Assembly (NCBI GenBank): GCA_951406725.2
Contig: OX597838.1
Span: forward strand, 33,046,001-33,110,000
Direction of reading: 5' to 3'
DNA length: 64,000 nt
Source of the DNA: Octopus vulgaris
Lineage: Eukaryota
The first letter of the stretch is position 1, and each line of letters begins with the position of its first letter. The notes below the pieces were generated by a model, which saw only the letters and a list, made by a program, of their open reading frames with translations, did no database searches and was not told the DNA's origin. Below are positions 13,668-26,543 of this stretch, one piece after another. The position numbers and the translations under genes were made by a program.

Positions 13668-13778
13668 ATCTATATATATATATATATATATCTATCTATC
13701 TATCTATCTATCTATCTGTCTGTCTATCTGTCTGTCTGTCTGCCTACCTGCCTGTCTGTCTGTCTGTCTCTCTCTCTC

Positions 13779-13828
<50 letters not shown>

Positions 13829-13843
<15 letters not shown>

Positions 13844-14382
13844 TGCATATATACATACATATATGTACGTACCTACCTCTACATGTAAATATACATGCAT
13901 ATATGGGTACAGGACACCAAAAAAAACGTCGAACACAAATGAGAAACGAAAACATAAACACAAAACCAAGGAAATGGACATTTTTTTAAACAACGAAAAA
14001 ATAGAGTACAAGACATACAAAACAAGGAAAATTTCCCTTCTTCAGTCGCCTTAATTTCATCTACTCCACGTTTCGAAGGTCAAGGCGATACATGACTTCA
14101 ATGAAATTTTCCTTCCCACGGAAATCAAATTAAATAAAATTTGAGATTTTTTTGCGGCGGGGTAAAAATGGTAACAAAAACAGGACAGTAACGACAGTAC
14201 AAAATATAAACAGTAAAAGTCAGGACAACGGAGAATAACAGTAGCACAAACATTATGTTTTCGTTTCTCATTACGTTCGACGTTTTTTTGGTGTCCTGTA
14301 CCCATGCATGCATGTATATATACATGTAGAGGTATGTACGTACATATATGTATGTATATATGCATATGTTTTATTTATTTAT
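13829..14382 (-). mobile_element. PLE pseudo-LTR fragment (family P1) with an inverted terminal copy, inserted in (TA)n
   Basis: Arms 13829-13956 and 14254-14382 are reverse complements. Homologous copies at 34850-35074 and 44225-44700. Confidence 0.75.
14035..14107 (-). ncRNA. Candidate non-circularly permuted hammerhead ribozyme (family P1)
   Basis: Minus strand: ATTTCAT-TGAAG-TCATGTA^TCGCCTT-GA-CCTTC-GAAACGTGG-AGTAG-ATGAAAT-T-AAGGCGA-CTGAAGA-AGGG. Confidence 0.65.
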
Positions 14383-14428
14383 ATATATATGACTGAACGC
14401 ACGCATCCATTTCTAAGTAAGATTGTTC

Positions 14429-14496
<68 letters not shown>

Positions 14497-14543
14497 GCAT
14501 ATATATATACATATATATTTATATGCACACACATACATATATA

Positions 14544-14615
<72 letters not shown>

Positions 14616-14865
14616 GAGACACGTATTTCGCTTAGGCACAGCGATAATAATAACCTGCAGTTAGAAATCAGTATACATATGTTTCAGAATAGTGTTAGAC
14701 GAGTACAGAGCGTAATACGAAATTAAAGAAATGACAGTGGAATATGAATTATGTAACCGTCTTCATTGGCTTACAACTGTTTCTGCTATAAGGAGTACAA
14801 TCAGAGCTGAGTCATTGTACATCACTCATTAGCTACCACACACACACAAATATATATACATATAT

Positions 14866-15273
14866 AGGCGCAGGAGTGGCTGTGTGGTAAGTAGCTTGTC
14901 TACCAACCACATGGTTCCGGGTTCAGTCCCACTGCGTGGCACCTTGGGCAAGTGTCTTCTACTGTAGCCTCGGGCCGACCAAAGCCTTGTGAGTAGATTT
15001 GGTAGACGGAAACTGAAAGAAGCCCGTCGTATATATGTATATATATATATATGCGTGTGTGTGTTTGTGTGTGTGTGTTTGTCCCCTAGCATTGCTTGAC
15101 AACCGATGCTGGTGTGTTTATGTCCCCGTTACTTAGCGGTTCGGCAAACGAGACCGATAGAATAAGTACTGGGCTTACAAAAGAATAAGTCCCGGGTTTG
15201 AGTTGCTCGATTAAAGGCGTGCTCCAGCATGGCCGCAATCAAATGACTGAAACAAGTAAAAGAGTAAAAGAGT
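14866..15273 (+). mobile_element. Full-length SINE family A
   Basis: Head, CORE-like segment, short internal microsatellite, and tail ending (GTAAAAGA)n. Confidence 0.9.
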
Positions 15274-15444
15274 ATATAACTGTAAACAAATATTTGTTCT
15301 TTTATTAGAAGCATTGAAAATGTGTATTGTACGATACAAATAAGAAGATGATATTTTTTCGAACTCAGAGTTACCATTAGAACATCAGAAATACAGAGCG
15401 AATTTTTCCACCTTATGAGTGTAATTTATCCAGTATTTACCCAA

Positions 15445-15880
15445 AAGGGCTAAAGTCAGACACTTTTCTCTTTGGTCAACGCCTCATCAACTTTTTTAAG
15501 TTTCACTTGAAAAGGAAGATGAGGTTAGAGAGGAGAGTGCTGTCTGATAGCAAGTTTTCTGAAAGGTGGGTGAATTGTGCAAGAATTTCCAGTATAAATG
15601 GACCAATTCTGAGGTTTCGCCTGTAATTGAAAAAGGTATTATAAAAGGAGAAAGGGGCTCTCTACCCACCCACCTTTTTTTTTGACCAGGCTCCCGTTGG
15701 CTTTTATGGGTTTTTCCACCAGGAACCTTTCGTAACGCCTCCCCCTATTGGAGTTTTCGTTGTTATATTATTTGATTGTTACACTGTTTTTACACGATTA
15801 TTTTTTGTAACCTTTCGTCCTGTTTTGTCCCTTTATGTTTTCCAATCATGTTTGTCAGCCCCTGTGGCCAATAAAAAGAA
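15445..15880 (+). pseudogene. Decayed 3' end of a Tx1/L1-clade LINE
   Basis: 15460-15585 aligns with 50310-50435 (LINFFK.HLKRK.R.ER). It ends CAGCCCCTGTGGCCAATAAAAAGAA like the 50864 end. Confidence 0.7.
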
Positions 15881-16128
15881 TTAATTATTATTATCATTTA
15901 TTGCCTTTGAACAGCTTCTAACGCTGGAGATGTACTACATCTCCAGCGACACATTATCCAATGTAGGTATTGGCCAACTCTTAATTTATACTGTACTGGT
16001 GCTAAAACCTTACATTCAGAGATTAGGTGGCCCACTGTTTCAATCCCATCATTACAGCATCGGCACTTTGGGTCTACTTCATTTTTTTCATTACATTGGC
16101 TTGGTAGTTCCGGGTCAATAAGCTATGA

Positions 16129-16775
<647 letters not shown>

Positions 16776-16777
16776 GG

Positions 16778-16990
16778 TGGCGAGCTGGCAGAATTGTTAG
16801 CACCCCGGGCGAAATGCTCGGCGGTATTTCGTCTGTCTTCATGTTCTGAGTTCAAATGCTACAGGGGTCGACTTTGCCGTTCATCCTTTCCAAGGTCGAT
16901 AAATTAAGTACCAACACCAAGTCAATCTATTCGAATGGTTCCCTACCCACAAATTTCAGTCCTTATGCCTATAGCAGACAGGACAATTAT
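16778..16990 (+). mobile_element. SINE family B
   Basis: GGTGGCGAGCTGGCAGAATTGTTAGCACCCCGGGCGAAATG head followed by the family B body. Confidence 0.8.
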
Positions 16991-17136
16991 TATCATTTTT
17001 ACAAGTGTAGTGTTGGCAGTGAGTTCGAAGTTTCGGCCTGCTTGTCTTCATCGGAAATAATAATAATAATAACGAATATGTGCCCTACAAAAAATATAGA
17101 GTAATCCTTCAGTTGAATAGAAACATTAAAGTAAAC

Positions 17137-17239
<103 letters not shown>

Positions 17240-17434
17240 GTTTATATATATAATCAAAAATAAGCAACAAGAATGACTCCGGTAATTTGGTACAATTGGT
17301 TCGCACTACAACATTTTATTATTTTATTATATTTGATTATAATCACCCCGCAAATTTTTATGGATAACACCATACAAAATTCTGGTGCATCTAAATTAAG
17401 TACCATATTCATTTGAATCTAAATTGTTGCGAAA

Positions 17435-17502
<68 letters not shown>

Positions 17503-17584
17503 GGTCCCGGGTTGAGTCGGGGTTAACCACAGTAAATAAGGTACTCAATACATAGCAGAGTAAATTAATTTATTTTATAGAAGG

Positions 17585-17633
17585 AGCTTCTACAGGACTA
17601 GAACTGTTTCATTCAAAAGAAATCATCAGGAAG

Positions 17634-17635
<2 letters not shown>
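17585..17635 (-). ncRNA. Type I hammerhead ribozyme in a 136-bp insert (17500-17635) between (TA)n tracts
   Basis: Minus strand: AGCTTC-CTGATGA-TTTC-TTTT-GAAT-GAAACAG-TTCTAGTC-CTGTA^GAAGCT. It has a 6-bp stem I, intact CUGAUGA/GAAA, a 4-bp stem III and a GUA triplet; stem II is weak. Confidence 0.75.
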
Positions 17636-17700
<65 letters not shown>

Positions 17701-17701
<1 letters not shown>

Positions 17702-18333
17702 CACCATTCGACCTGATGGTGATCGGCAGTGATGAAATAGAGGAGGTAAAGGAATATGTCTACCTGGGACAGGAAGTGAATATGTGCCGAGATATCGAAA
17801 AGGAGATCTCACGGAGAGTAAGGGCCGGGTGGAAGGCGTTTAATGGCATAAGGGATGTGCTCAAGGGAAGGTTGGACAGGACCCCCCGTGCCAACCTCTC
17901 CAACAGTACAGTTCTACCTGCAATGTTATATGGTAGTGAAACATGGGCTACAAGAAAGAGAGAAGAGCAGAGACTGGTAACGGCTCAGAGAGCCATGGAA
18001 AGGTCAATGCTTGGTATCTCGTTGAGAGAGCACATCAGTAGCAAGGTCATCAGATGAAGTCCGGCGTGAGGGATGTCATCGCAGAGTATACACGCAGCAA
18101 GTTTAGGTGGGCTGGACACGTCGCCCGACTAACCGATAATCGTTGGACCCGCTGGTACCCGCGCGAGCGGAAGCGACAACCCGGAAGGCCTCCACGACGG
18201 TGGAGTTACGATTTCAGGAGGACTCTTGGGATCTCGTGGATGAGAAAGGTGCGATCCAGAGAAGAGTGGACAGCGTGCTAGACCAGCGGTGTCAAATGGA
18301 CGCCTGACGGACTGGTCGGTCAAGGTCAAGGTG
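17701..18333 (+). pseudogene. 5'-truncated RTE-clade LINE (C-terminal part of the RT ORF)
   Basis: IEEVKEYVYLG...EISRRVRAGWKAF...VLPAMLYGSETW...KFRWAGHVAR...KRQPGRPPRRW, with an internal stop/frameshift and a (TCAAGG)2 tail. Flanked by (TA)n. Confidence 0.9.
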
Positions 18334-18387
<54 letters not shown>

Positions 18388-18390
<3 letters not shown>

Positions 18391-18460
18391 AATGTAATAT
18401 GTGACAATTTTTCGGTAGCCATGATAAAACTACCGAATAATTGTCACATATTACGTTTAC
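18388..18460. repeat. Foldback hairpin (~30-bp arms) at the end of an insert in (TA)n
   Basis: GTAAATGTAATATGTGACAATT..TTCGGTAG / CTACCGAA.AATTGTCACATATTACGTTTAC. Confidence 0.85.
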
Positions 18461-18527
18461 AGATAAATTACTCCATTTACATACTATCGAGGTCTCTTTC
18501 ATTCTTTTGTTGTCTTAGCATTTCTGT

Positions 18528-18717
<190 letters not shown>

Positions 18718-18829
18718 GTACATATACATACATATATGCATATATATATATATATATATGCATATAATAATTATTTGAGGGAATATAAATCCAAACTTAC
18801 AGGGAATGACAATCTAAAATTAAATCCAT

Positions 18830-19005
18830 AGGCGCAGCAGTAGCTGTGTGGTAAGTAGCTTGCTTACCAACCACATGGTTCCGGGTTCAGTCCTACTGCG
18901 TGGCACATTGGGCAAGTGTCTTCTGCTATAGCCTTGGGCCGACCAAAGCCTTGTGAGTGGATTTGGCGGACGGAAACTGAAAGAAGCCCGTCGTATATAT
19001 GTATG

Positions 19006-19050
<45 letters not shown>

Positions 19051-19520
19051 ATTTGCGTGTCTGCGTTTGTTCCCCCAAAATCGCTTGACAACCGATGTTG
19101 CTAGGCAATTTACTTAATCATTGATATTTTATTGTTATTTTAATTTTAATATTTCTATTATATGTAATTTTCTAGATGGTGTAATTTAATTGTCCATTTT
19201 AAATTGATAAATGGTGTTTTTTTCTAATTTATATATATGTATATATATATACATGCATACACATATATATATTTATATATATATGTGTGTGTGTGTGTGT
19301 GTATTTGCGTGTCTGCGTTTGTTCCCCCAAAATCGCTTGACAACCGATGTTGCTAGGCAATTTACTTAATCATTGATATTTTATTGTTATTTTAATTTTA
19401 ATATTTCTATTATATGTAATTTTCTAGATGGTGTAATTTAATTGTCCATTTTAAATTGATAAATGGTGTTTTTTTTCTAATTTATATATATGTATATATA
19501 TATACATGCATACACATATA
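18830..19520 (+). repeat. SINE family A (truncated) followed by a near-perfect direct duplication of about 250 bp
   Basis: The block starting GTATTTGCGTGTCTGCG at 19049 is repeated at 19301. Confidence 0.85.
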
Positions 19521-19532
19521 TATATTTATATA

Positions 19533-19575
<43 letters not shown>

Positions 19576-19683
19576 ATACACACATACACACACACTCACA
19601 CATACACACACACACACACACATATCAGAAACACTGGCACAATTAGATGTGTTGAAAGGTAATTTATTATTATAATTTTGTTC

Positions 19684-19714
<31 letters not shown>

Positions 19715-20319
19715 GGCAATAAGCGTCCACTGCGTGCATGTTGGTCGGTGAGGTGAAGGGGGTGAGTGCTGATGTTGTTGCTAGGCAGATGTAAAATTTC
19801 GTGAATATTTCCCACGGCCGCCATTTTTCATTGCAGATGGAACCCCACCACCACTACCACCATCACCACCACCACCACCACAACGTTCCTTCTTTTCGCA
19901 CTTATGCGCCTCCCCCCCCACACATATACACACATGCACACACACACACATACACACATACACACTCACACTCACACACTTACCAAAACTAGGAACACAC
20001 GAAATCAAGTTTTAGAAAATAAATTCAAAATATCATGACCCGATGTGAAAGTTATTATTAAATCAAACCAGATAAATAAATAAATAAATAACAATTTTAT
20101 AAAAAAAATTGTCGGCAGGTTTGGCAAGGAAGGAAAGTGACGAAAGAAATAGAGTTCCTTAATGCAAAATGGTTGGTTTGGAATCACCAAGATCTTTTCT
20201 TTATAAATCCATTTTTTCTTTTCCTTTTTACTTGTTTCCGTCATGTCACTGCGGCCATGCGTATTCGTGTGTATGTATTTGTGTGTATGTATTTGCGTGT
20301 GTCTATTTTTATGTATGTG

Positions 20320-20593
20320 TCTGCAACCATGTCAATATGGACGTCGGTGGGGACTAAACCCTTTTTTTCTGCAGGAACCTGATAACCCCCACGATGCCAA
20401 ATTTTGTCCATTTTCAAGAGAAGTCGCTACTTGTTACTTTTGAAATCTTCTTTGAACAGTCAGATGTCAGTTTACCAAGAACGAAACAATGCAGTTATTA
20501 ATAAGATAAGCTGAAACGAATGCATGCAAGAGTTCTCTGCTCTTGTATCACTTCTTCATAGTCGGCGAGTGAACTTTTCAGCACACCCTCGTA
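20320..20593 (-). pseudogene. mariner transposon 5' remnant
   Basis: TIR-like TACGAGGGTGTGCTGAAAAGTTC at the right end. The minus strand encodes an HRGVIRFLQKKG...PTDVHIDMV HTH start. Confidence 0.65.
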
Positions 20594-21029
20594 TATATAT
20601 AGTTTCTCTCACCAAATAGTAGTAATTGGCATTTGTTAGTGGCAACTGTTGTCTTCAACATGAATTCCTTTTATGGTATCCTGAAACCTCCTTTACCCCA
20701 TTTCTACGATTAAAAAATCTTTATTACTTCTTACCTTATAGTTAGGAACAGCCATATCTTGGTCAGTCAGCGGAAGGACTTCACTACCTCATATGTTCTT
20801 AAAATTCAAATCTACATCTTTGTATATCTACCTTCTCTATAATGTTGCCACTTGATTTGAAAATTTTTGTATTAATGGAAAACCTCTATAATTGGCTGAT
20901 GAGTACTCAGCATCTTAAATCTGTTGTAATACTTACAACATTTAATAAAATGATGTAGTACGAAACGATTGTACCAAATTACCGGAGTCATTCTTGTTGC
21001 TTATTTATAGTATATATATATATATATAT

Positions 21030-21209
21030 AGCCACTACACACACTTTTTCCTCTCCTTGTTTCTCTCCTTGTTTCTTTCTGTGTTCCTTTCTGTGGAAGA
21101 GCGTAGGCTCGAAATGTTAAAGAGTTTTTCAAATCCCGAGCGTTATACTAATACATCTGTTTGTTTTCTACACCACCTGTCTTCGTCTTTTATTTTTTCG
21201 TGAATTCTC

Positions 21210-21212
<3 letters not shown>
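21030..21212 (+). mobile_element. Hammerhead-bearing repeat family H1
   Basis: CTTT-CTGTGGA-A-GAGCGTAGGCTC-GAAATGTT-AAAG at 21087-21122 (core mutated). Flanked by (TA)n. Confidence 0.7.
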
Positions 21213-21274
<62 letters not shown>

Positions 21275-21327
21275 TATACATATATATACATATATATACA
21301 TATACATATATATATATATATGTATAT

Positions 21328-21380
<53 letters not shown>

Positions 21381-21392
21381 TATATATATATA

Positions 21393-21581
21393 CCAGAGTG
21401 AACACATAAATGTGAAACAAGGTGGAAAAAAGAGTACTCAAATACCAGAGGTAGAGTAATATGCTTTATTTAAAGCAGCAGAAAATTCAACAAAACCTGT
21501 TACTCTTTTTCTGTCCGATGAACGGCAACGGGAAACTCAGAGTAACAGGTTTTGTTGAATTTTCTGCTGCTTTAAATAAAG
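21393..21581. mobile_element. PLE-end foldback insert with a minimal hammerhead in the spacer
   Basis: 43-bp perfect inverted arms at 21464-21506 and 21539-21581. Plus strand reads CTGT-CCGATGA-ACG-GCAA-CGG-GAAACTC-A-GAGTA^ACAG. Confidence 0.7.
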
Positions 21582-21591
21582 TATATATATA

Positions 21592-21661
<70 letters not shown>

Positions 21662-21667
<6 letters not shown>

Positions 21668-22025
21668 GTTGTTTCATATGAAATGTCGCATTTTTAATTA
21701 CTTGTTATTTCAGTCATTTAAAAACTCAATTATATATACCTTGCAATTAATCTTGACTCTTTTTATTTCCCAACAATATTGCTCTGCAAAATTCGCACCC
21801 ACAGACCTTATGAAAATGATAACAACCAAAACTATGTTGAGTGATTTTCTCGTATGAGTACAAACTGGGTCACTCTGTCGTAGAAGCTCTACAGAATATC
21901 AAGCAGGGTTTTGGTAATGGCTTTGTTGACATCAGAACTGTTCAGAGATTGTTCTAAAGCTCTCATTCAGGAGATGATGACCTTGAAAATAAACCAAGAC
22001 GTAGGCCAAAATCAGTGCTTAGTGG
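21662..22025 (+). pseudogene. mariner transposon 5' remnant (HTH region)
   Basis: TA-TTAGGTTG TIR start; VIFSYEYKLGHSVVEALQNIKQGFG...RTVQRLF*...SGDDDLENKPR.RP. Confidence 0.75.
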
Positions 22026-23259
22026 CAAATAAAATGTGTGTGTAAAGGCTGTCCGTTGAATTACAGCCATTATCGATCCCATGACTATTTTTCACAGTCT
22101 CCCTCTGCAGAATATCATTCACAACTTTGGGGGTCGACACGTGTCTCTGCTAAGAAGCACGAACCACGATATATTTTGTAGTGGAATCTGGGGATTGTGA
22201 AGGAAATTTCTTTAGTGTTTGGCCTTGCCTGCTTCCATACATTCCCCACGCCTACTTCATTCGCTCCTTATTTCTTATTTAAACACATTTAGTCAGGCAT
22301 TTTATTTAAAAAACGAAAAGAGAGATAATTTCACTTGTGTGACAGATCGTATCGTTCGTTATCTCCACCGAAAGTCTCGTGAGAAAACGTTTATTTAAAA
22401 AAGAAAAAAAAAAACTCCGTAAGGGGTCAAAAACAATTTCATCAAATAGTATGACCCCACAAAAGTAAAAGTAGAAAAAATAAAAATGAAAGAAAAGAAA
22501 AGAGAGAGAAAAGTTTCGTGCTGATAAAATAATAATAATAATCTAAGGAGGAAACGAACTAATGAAATAATCGGCCCCTGTATTTGGGGGATAAATTGCT
22601 TATTGTATGAGATTGTTCACGTTTCATTGTTCTCAGCAGAAAAAAAGAAAGATAGAGAAATATACCAATTAAACATTCCATGTTTATTATCTAATTGGGA
22701 CATAGTGAGAAGAGGAGGAGGAGGATGACGTGGAGCAGAGGTGGGGGCAAGCCACGTTCTAGCCTTCATTGCAATGAAGGCGAAGTAAACCACTTTCTCG
22801 TTTTTATCGCATAAAAACAAAAGAGCCAATATTACTATCTTGCGTTTATGGCACAGAAAATGAAAACATGCCTTGTTTGCTCTTTTTAAAAGTGCTAAAG
22901 AACGACCGCAAGCAAGCTTTGTTCTCTAGTCTTTATGACGATGCAAAATGAAAGCAGCCTTGGTTCCGTCTTTGTAGCGGCGAAGGCGGAAACTAGCTTT
23001 GTACCAGGATGAAAGCACGCATCGTTTGCGTTTTTATCGTCTTTACATTTAATGATGGGATTAGACAAGCCCCGTTAACATTTTTATTATGAAGGCGTGG
23101 CTCGTCATCGTCTTTAAAGTAACATTTGGGTATGGCAAACCTCATTATATTTCTTTATAACCGTTGAATATTGCGTTTATTAGAAAAATAAATGGAATTA
23201 TAAATATTTCGATGTGAATTATGCAATGGAAAAATCTCTAACAACATAACATCCTTAAT

Positions 23260-24490
23260 ATATGTGTGTAGTTAAGACATCAGACGCTGCGATTTTCGTC
23301 CGAGAAAAATCCCTTTATAGACGTATTGTGTTAAAAAAAAAGTACATTATATTGGAGGTGGAGGATTCTTTTCGCCTAGCTCTGAAATCTTTATATATAA
23401 AAGTAAGGTTGTGTGTCTGTCTACTCCGATTTAGATTCCTAACTACTCCCACATTTTGCGGTGCAGTTTAACCAAAACCGAGTATCTTATAGTCGTGATT
23501 CATATCGAGCCCTTCTGGGTATTAGCGCGCGTCTACGATGAGTCTACGATTTAAAAAATAATTTACCATCGTTTTTTTTTCCATTTTAATGCATATTTTT
23601 TAAAAGGGAAGTAACTCTCTAAAAATGTCTACGATGAGTCAACGATTAAAAAAAAAATTTACCATCATATTTTTTCCATTTTAAATGCATTTTTTTTGCT
23701 ATTTTTTGGCTATAACTCTCTAAAAATGCTTTATAGTTATTTCCCTTACAAACCCGAGCAACGCCGAGCGATACTGCTAGTATATTATACTCTTTAACTC
23801 AAAACATAAAGGGATGTTTCTCGGACGAAAATTTGCAGCTTTTGACGTTTAAACTACACACATACGTTATATAGTATTGATAGAAATTTAACTATTAAGT
23901 CTCTTTCAATTCATTATACGAATTTTATTCTGCTTATGCGGCGCCTTTGCATATCAGTGTCTAGTTTATACAGTATTCCGATATATTTCAGCCTGGATGA
24001 TTCGATTTCGCTTCGGAAATGGCACTAATACTTGACATTAAGAAGCTGTGCCAACGGTGAAATACATATTTCTCACTCTCGCGGTCACATATTTCTCACT
24101 CTCGCGGTCACATATTTCTCACTCTCGCGGTCACATACATTATGTAGCATTGATAGAAATTTACCTATTACGTCTCTTTCAATTCATTATACGAATTTTA
24201 TTCTGCTTATGCGGCGCCTTTGCATATCAGTGTCTAGTTTATACAGTATTCCGATATATTTCAACCTGGCTGATTCGATTTCGCTTCGGAAATGACACTA
24301 ATACTTGACTTTAAGAAGCTGTGCCAACGGCGAAATATATATTTCTCACTCTCGCGGTCACTTCTGATGCAATTCCTTCCGTATAGCTTTGAAGTATATT
24401 GTTTTTGTGTTTTTTTTATACAATATGTATTCAATGGGATTTTTCCAGGACGAAAATTGCCGCCTCTGGCGTTTCAACGACACACAAACA
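23260..24490. repeat. Foldback/tandem repeat region hosting the Helitron
   Basis: Inverted repeats of about 57 bp at 23260-23317 and 23808-23866. A direct duplication of about 270 bp (23875 vs 24147) carries 23-bp CATATTTCTCACTCTCGCGGTCA units. Confidence 0.7.
23388..23780 (+). mobile_element. Non-autonomous Helitron
   Basis: Inserted between A and T, with 5' TCTTTATATATAAAAG, a subterminal GC-rich hairpin (CCCGAGCAACGCCGAG) and a CTAG terminus. Confidence 0.8.
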
Positions 24491-24499
24491 ATATGTATT

Positions 24500-24790
24500 C
24501 TTTTACTCTTTTACTCTTTTACTAGTTTCAGTCATTTGACTGCGGCCATGCTGGAGCACCGCCTTTGGTCGAGCAAATCGACCCCGGGACTTATTCTTTG
24601 TAAGCCCAGTACTTATTCTATCGGTCTCTTTTGCCGAACCGCTAAGTAACGGGGACGTAATCACACCAGCATCGGTTGTCAAGCAATGCTAGAGGGACAA
24701 ACACAGACACACACACATATACACACACATACATATATATATATACACACACAAACGCACACACATATGTATGTATATGTGTATGTATAT
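24500..24790 (-). mobile_element. SINE family A, 3' half
   Basis: Reverse complement of the family A tail. Confidence 0.8.
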
Positions 24791-24820
24791 CTGTATGTAT
24801 GTATATATATATATATATAT

Positions 24821-25005
24821 TCGGTTAAGTAATTGAGATTCTAGTGAATTCTAAAGAATTCACATGAATATGGTCCTTAACTAGGATGCACCGGATATCT
24901 ATATGGTGTTAACCATACGACAAGTGGGGTGATTATAAATAGGAAAAAAGCAACAAGAATGGATTAAAATCTCGGAAGAGATTTTAATCCATTCTTGTTG
25001 CTTTT

Positions 25006-25010
<5 letters not shown>
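24821..25010. mobile_element. PLE-end-like insert in (TA)n ending in a hairpin of about 33 bp
   Basis: Arms at 24939-24973 and 24978-25010 around a GGAA loop. 24860-24937 is the reverse complement of 17338-17417. Confidence 0.7.
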
Positions 25011-25083
<73 letters not shown>

Positions 25084-25379
25084 ATAATATCAGGGTAATA
25101 AAGATTTTTAGAAACTTTTACTACAAATGGCTTAGCGTGTAGAAAAATTAGTCAATAGACTATATATTATTCATATAAATACAGTGTACAAACTTCGCCT
25201 AGTAAATTATTTTATTTGCTAAAAAAAAGTCAGAAACTATATTCCAGGCGATAGATGGTAAATGTTTTTATTTTTCATTTCCTTCAAAATTTTTATCCCT
25301 AATAGTGGTTTGGACTTTGGCTGTTCCTTCTAGCATGCCAGGAATCCTATGACGGATACCTCTTATGTGTTTAAATGTA

Positions 25380-25884
<505 letters not shown>

Positions 25885-26221
25885 ATATATATATATATAT
25901 ATATATATGGTTACACACACTTGCCCACAAGTATACGTGTCCATTCATACAACCAAACAGCTTCTACTCACACGTACGTAAACATACACAACCCTGCCAT
26001 GAACCTAACGTCGCAGGTATTTTAAGGTATTTCTGCTAGGTCATAGTTCTTTGTGTATATGTATGTATGTATGTATGTACGTATCTGTTTGTCTGTCATA
26101 CATATGTATGAATGTATGTATGTATGTATGCATGTATGTATGTACGTATATGTATATATATATACACGCATATATATACATATATATATATGTATATATG
26201 TATATATTTATATATTTATAC

Positions 26222-26289
<68 letters not shown>

Positions 26290-26498
26290 AAGATAGAAGA
26301 GTGAGATATGCGCAAATTGTATATATACACATGCACACTCACGTATACAAAGAATTACTCACCGGTAATTATATACACGCAGGTGTTAATCTTTTGTAGT
26401 CTATGCGCGTGACCGCCTACAAATCTATATCTATCTCAAGATAGGTTTGTATATTTAGATACTGCTCTGTATGCTCAAATATTTGTGTTTGTGTAACG

Positions 26499-26543
<45 letters not shown>

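Noticed and set aside
14765-14835. Minus-strand CTAATGAG...GAAACAGTTGTA hammerhead-like remnant (also ~36695-36725)
   Set aside because: The core is mutated and stem I is lost or interrupted, so it is too degenerate to call.
19049-19520. Near-identical 250-bp direct duplication as a functional repeat
   Set aside because: It is bounded by microsatellites and most simply explained by slippage, unequal exchange or an assembly artefact.
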